In this document: one piece after another, positions 32,934 to 35,377 of the stretch
Layout of the letters: each line of letters starts with the position of its first letter
How positions within the stretch are numbered: the stretch's first letter is position 1
Source: a candidate division WOR-3 bacterium
Lineage (GTDB): Bacteria > Hydrothermota > Hydrothermia > LBFQ01 > DSFT01
DNA: 35,377 nt
Reading direction: 5' to 3'
Assembly (NCBI GenBank): GCA_039803045.1
Contig: JBDRXT010000001.1
Coordinates: 1-35,377 of the forward strand
The notes under the pieces: model-generated
Seen by the model: the letters and a program-made list of their open reading frames with translations, nothing else
What the model was told of the DNA's origin: nothing
The model's database searches: none
Translations under genes and position numbers: made by a program

Positions 32934-34439
32934 TTAGTATATGTTTAATAAATTTTCAATTTTGTTTTCAAGGTAATTAATTAAGTACTTGGGATTTGTT
33001 TTCTCACCTGTAACAATTTGGACTAATTCTTGAGGTTTATATAAGGATCCCTTTTGATAAATATTATCTTTTAACCAATTGTAAATCGTTTTAAAATCAC
33101 TTTTTCTAACAAGTTCATAAATATTTCCAAGTTCATTGTTTATTTTATGAAAAAATTGTGCAGCATTTAAATTACCAAGAGTATAAGTTGGAAAATACCC
33201 CATTTCAGAAGACCAGTGAACATCTTGTAAAATACCTTCTTTATCACTTCTTGGTCTAAATCCAAAAAGTTTTTCAAACTTATCATTCCAAGCATCTTTC
33301 AAATCGTCAACCTCTATTTTCTTATTTATCACATCTCTCTCAAGTTCAAATCTCAAAATAATATGTAAGTTATATGTTAGCTCGTCAGATTCAACTCTTA
33401 TATATGAAGGTCTTATTTCATTTATTGCTAAATAAAAATGCTCTAACTTAACATTTTCAAATTGAGGGAAAAACTTTTTCAAGCTATCATAAAATACTTC
33501 CCAGAAAGCTAAGCTTCTACCTATGAAATTTTCCCAAAATCTTGACTGAGATTCATGTATACCTAATGAAACGCTTTCACCAACAGGTGTTCCAAAGTGA
33601 TCTTCGTTAAGTCCCATTTCATAAAATGCATGACCCATTTCGTGAAGTGTTCCAAATATACTTGAACTTATATTATCTTCATAAAATCTTGTAGTAATTC
33701 TGACATCATTTGGCAATATTCTTGTAGCAAAAGGATGTGCTGTTTCATCTAATCTACCTTTATTAAAATCATATCCAATTTTTTCAAGTAAAAACTTACA
33801 AAATTCTTTTTGTTTTTCCTTATCAAAATTTCCCTTCAGTACATAACTCTTAAAATCTTTATTTTCATTTTTTATCCTATTTAACAGTCTAAGTGTTTCA
33901 CTTTTTAGTTGTTGAAAAATATTTGCTATTTCTTGGGCTGTCATTTCTGGTTCATACTTATCAATAAGAGCATCGTAAGGTTCGTTTTTATATCCAAGTA
34001 TTTGAGCCTCTTCTCTTAAAATTTCAACAATTTCTTTTAAATATGGTTTAAATAATTCAAAATTGTCCTTTTCTCTTGCTTCCTTCCAAACATGATATGC
34101 TAAGGTTGAAGTTTTTATATGTCTTATTAATAATTCTTTTGGTATTTTCTTTTGTTCTTTATATTTCTTTTCCCACCAATATAAATTCGCTTTTTGAATT
34201 TCATCTAATTCACCCTGTTTTGCTTTTTCTATTAACTCTCCAACGTAATCTTTTGTCCATTCTTCATATATATACTCTCCAATTATGGCATGAGCCTCAG
34301 CTCTATGTTTGAAACCGTCCTTTGGCATATAAGTTCTTTCATCCCATCCTGATATTGCAATAAGTGATGAGATATAAGTTAATTTTTTTGATATTTTCAC
34401 CAACTCTTTATATGATTCTTGGGGAGTTAATATTGTCAT
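32934..34439 (-). CDS. carboxypeptidase M32 (thermostable carboxypeptidase Taq family)
   Basis: 501 aa. HEMGHAFYE zinc motif, HESQSRFWEN and DELTYNLHIILRFE are family signatures. Confidence 0.92.
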   Translation of the reverse strand: MTILTPQESYKELVKISKKLTYISSLIAISGWDERTYMPKDGFKHRAEAHAIIGEYIYEEWTKDYVGELIEKAKQGELDEIQKANLYWWEKKYKEQKKIPKELLIRHIKTSTLAYHVWKEAREKDNFELFKPYLKEIVEILREEAQILGYKNEPYDALIDKYEPEMTAQEIANIFQQLKSETLRLLNRIKNENKDFKSYVLKGNFDKEKQKEFCKFLLEKIGYDFNKGRLDETAHPFATRILPNDVRITTRFYEDNISSSIFGTLHEMGHAFYEMGLNEDHFGTPVGESVSLGIHESQSRFWENFIGRSLAFWEVFYDSLKKFFPQFENVKLEHFYLAINEIRPSYIRVESDELTYNLHIILRFELERDVINKKIEVDDLKDAWNDKFEKLFGFRPRSDKEGILQDVHWSSEMGYFPTYTLGNLNAAQFFHKINNELGNIYELVRKSDFKTIYNWLKDNIYQKGSLYKPQELVQIVTGEKTNPKYLINYLENKIENLLNIY

Positions 34440-34443
34440 TTTG

Positions 34444-34454
34444 AAATTTTAAAG
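34444..34454 (-). promoter_or_regulatory. promoter-like motif CTTTAAAATTT, 4 nt before the M32 carboxypeptidase ATG (34439)
   Basis: 11-mer on the minus strand; 6 nt from TAAAAT to the ATG. Confidence 0.6.
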
Positions 34455-34460
34455 GATACA

Positions 34461-34486
34461 TTTATAATTTAGAGCTTTAAAATTTT
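34461..34486 (+). promoter_or_regulatory. tandem motifs TTTATAATTT (34461-34470) and CTTTAAAATTTT (34475-34486) upstream of accC
   Basis: The only case in the window with a real leader: 23 nt from the motif end to ATG 34510. Confidence 0.5.
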
Positions 34487-34509
34487 AAATCGTGGAAGAT
34501 TTATAAGCG

Positions 34510-35377
34510 ATGATAAAAAAAGTTCTTATAGCAAATAGAGGAGAAATAGCTGTAAGAATTTTAAGAACACTTAAAAGATTAAAAGTGCATTCTGTTGTGG
34601 TTTATTCAGAAGCTGATAGAAATTCTTTGCATGTTTTATTAAGTGAAGAGGCTTATTATTTGGGTCCTTCAGAAAGTCTAAAAAGTTATTTGAATATGGA
34701 TAGAATAATTGAAATAGCTATTAAATCCAATTGTGATGCAATACATCCAGGTTACGGATTTTTATCAGAAAATCCAATATTTGCTAGGAAAGTTGAAGAA
34801 GCAGGGTTAATTTTTATAGGGCCAAGTTATAAGAGTATGGAATTAGCTAGTGATAAGATTGTTTCAAAGGAAATTGCTAAAAAGTCAAATGTTCCAATAT
34901 TACCAAGCTCACCAAGTATTAATTCTTATAGTGAAGCAAAAAAATATGCTAAAGAAATAGGTTATCCTCTTATTATAAAAGCTTCAAAAGGTGGTGGTGG
35001 AAAAGGGATGCGAATAGTTTTTGATGAAAGTGAGTTATTAGAAAATTATAAAATAGCTACACAAGAAGCATATAGTGCTTTTGGAGATGGAACAGTTTAT
35101 TTTGAAAAATACATATTAAATCCAAAACATGTAGAAGTTCAAGTTATTGCTGATAAATATGGAAATTACTTTGCTCTTGGTGAAAGAGAATGTTCAATTC
35201 AAAGAAGGCATCAAAAAATAATTGAAGAATCTCCAAGTCCATCAATTAACGATGAAGTTAGAGGAAAATTAATTGAGAGTGCTATTAATTTTTCAAAAGC
35301 AATAAATTACTATAATGTTGGAACAGTTGAGTTTATTTTAGATGAAAATAAGAACTTTTATTTTTTAGAGATGAATA
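34510..35377 (+). CDS. accC: biotin carboxylase (acetyl-CoA carboxylase subunit or related), 5' partial, runs off the window
   Basis: MIKKVLIANRGEIAVRILRT, HPGYGFLSEN, ATP-grasp KASKGGGGKGMR and ERECSIQRRHQK. Confidence 0.9.
   Translation, partial: MIKKVLIANRGEIAVRILRTLKRLKVHSVVVYSEADRNSLHVLLSEEAYYLGPSESLKSYLNMDRIIEIAIKSNCDAIHPGYGFLSENPIFARKVEEAGLIFIGPSYKSMELASDKIVSKEIAKKSNVPILPSSPSINSYSEAKKYAKEIGYPLIIKASKGGGGKGMRIVFDESELLENYKIATQEAYSAFGDGTVYFEKYILNPKHVEVQVIADKYGNYFALGERECSIQRRHQKIIEESPSPSINDEVRGKLIESAINFSKAINYYNVGTVEFILDENKNFYFLEMN

Noticed and set aside
32828-32948. N-terminal extension of the HAD ORF (MREWRNLADAPDLGSGPEEGCGFKSHLPH) and the opposite-strand 102-aa ORF 32640-32948
   Set aside because: Both are read-through of the tRNA-Leu sequence or shadow frames of the HAD gene. 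The HAD motif I sits right after ATG 32827.
34492-34506. GTG at 34492, 5 nt after the motif, as a leaderless accC start
   Set aside because: That frame hits TAA after four codons. The canonical biotin carboxylase N-terminus MIKKVLIANRGEIA starts at ATG 34510.
1-35377. CRISPR arrays, insertion sequences, integrases, prophage or toxin-antitoxin/defence modules
   Set aside because: I found no direct-repeat/spacer arrays, no transposase- or integrase-like ORFs, no inverted terminal repeats, and no recognisable defence gene families. The window looks like core chromosome.

Overview
Very AT-rich (about 70% A+T by eye), gene-dense bacterial chromosomal segment, almost entirely housekeeping. I found no rRNA, CRISPR array, transposase, integrase or phage genes. 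Protein composition is K/E/I/N/Y-rich. An LptC-like lipoprotein, a T9SS-type C-terminal sorting domain and an LVIVD-repeat protein suggest a diderm, possibly an FCB-related or thermophilic uncultured lineage (low confidence). Recognisable genes are queF, tyrS, infC, fabH, gltX, topA, sppA, thiE, accC (partial), nuoF-like, aldehyde dehydrogenase, E1-alpha, threonine dehydratase-like, mtaD-like deaminase, M32 carboxypeptidase, DUF58, a PHP tyrosine phosphatase, a GT2, two tRNAs (Val-CAC, Leu-TAG) and two decayed genes (a CPA2-type antiporter and a small zinc-ribbon protein). The most interesting signal is in expression architecture rather than gene content. (1) An 11-12 nt motif, C-TTTAAAATTT(T), sits in gene orientation 2-7 nt upstream of the start codon of nearly every first gene of a transcription unit, and 6 nt upstream of tRNA-Leu. 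This implies a TAAAAT -10-type promoter and mostly leaderless mRNAs. Genes inside operons instead use GGAGG-type Shine-Dalgarno sites or ATGA/TAATG/GTGA start-stop overlaps. (2) Both tRNAs are embedded in mRNA operons, with the next CDS starting 1-2 nt after the discriminator base; one upstream CDS ends 10 nt inside the tRNA. (3) Three convergent gene pairs overlap at their 3' ends and no intrinsic terminators are visible. Secondary points are an ALDH/orphan-NuoF coupled pair, a T9SS-tailed protein without a signal peptide, a topA with three helical C-terminal repeats instead of zinc fingers, and a DUF155/bactofilin-membrane fusion/extended SppA cluster. All calls come from reading the sequence and ORF track; no database searches were run.
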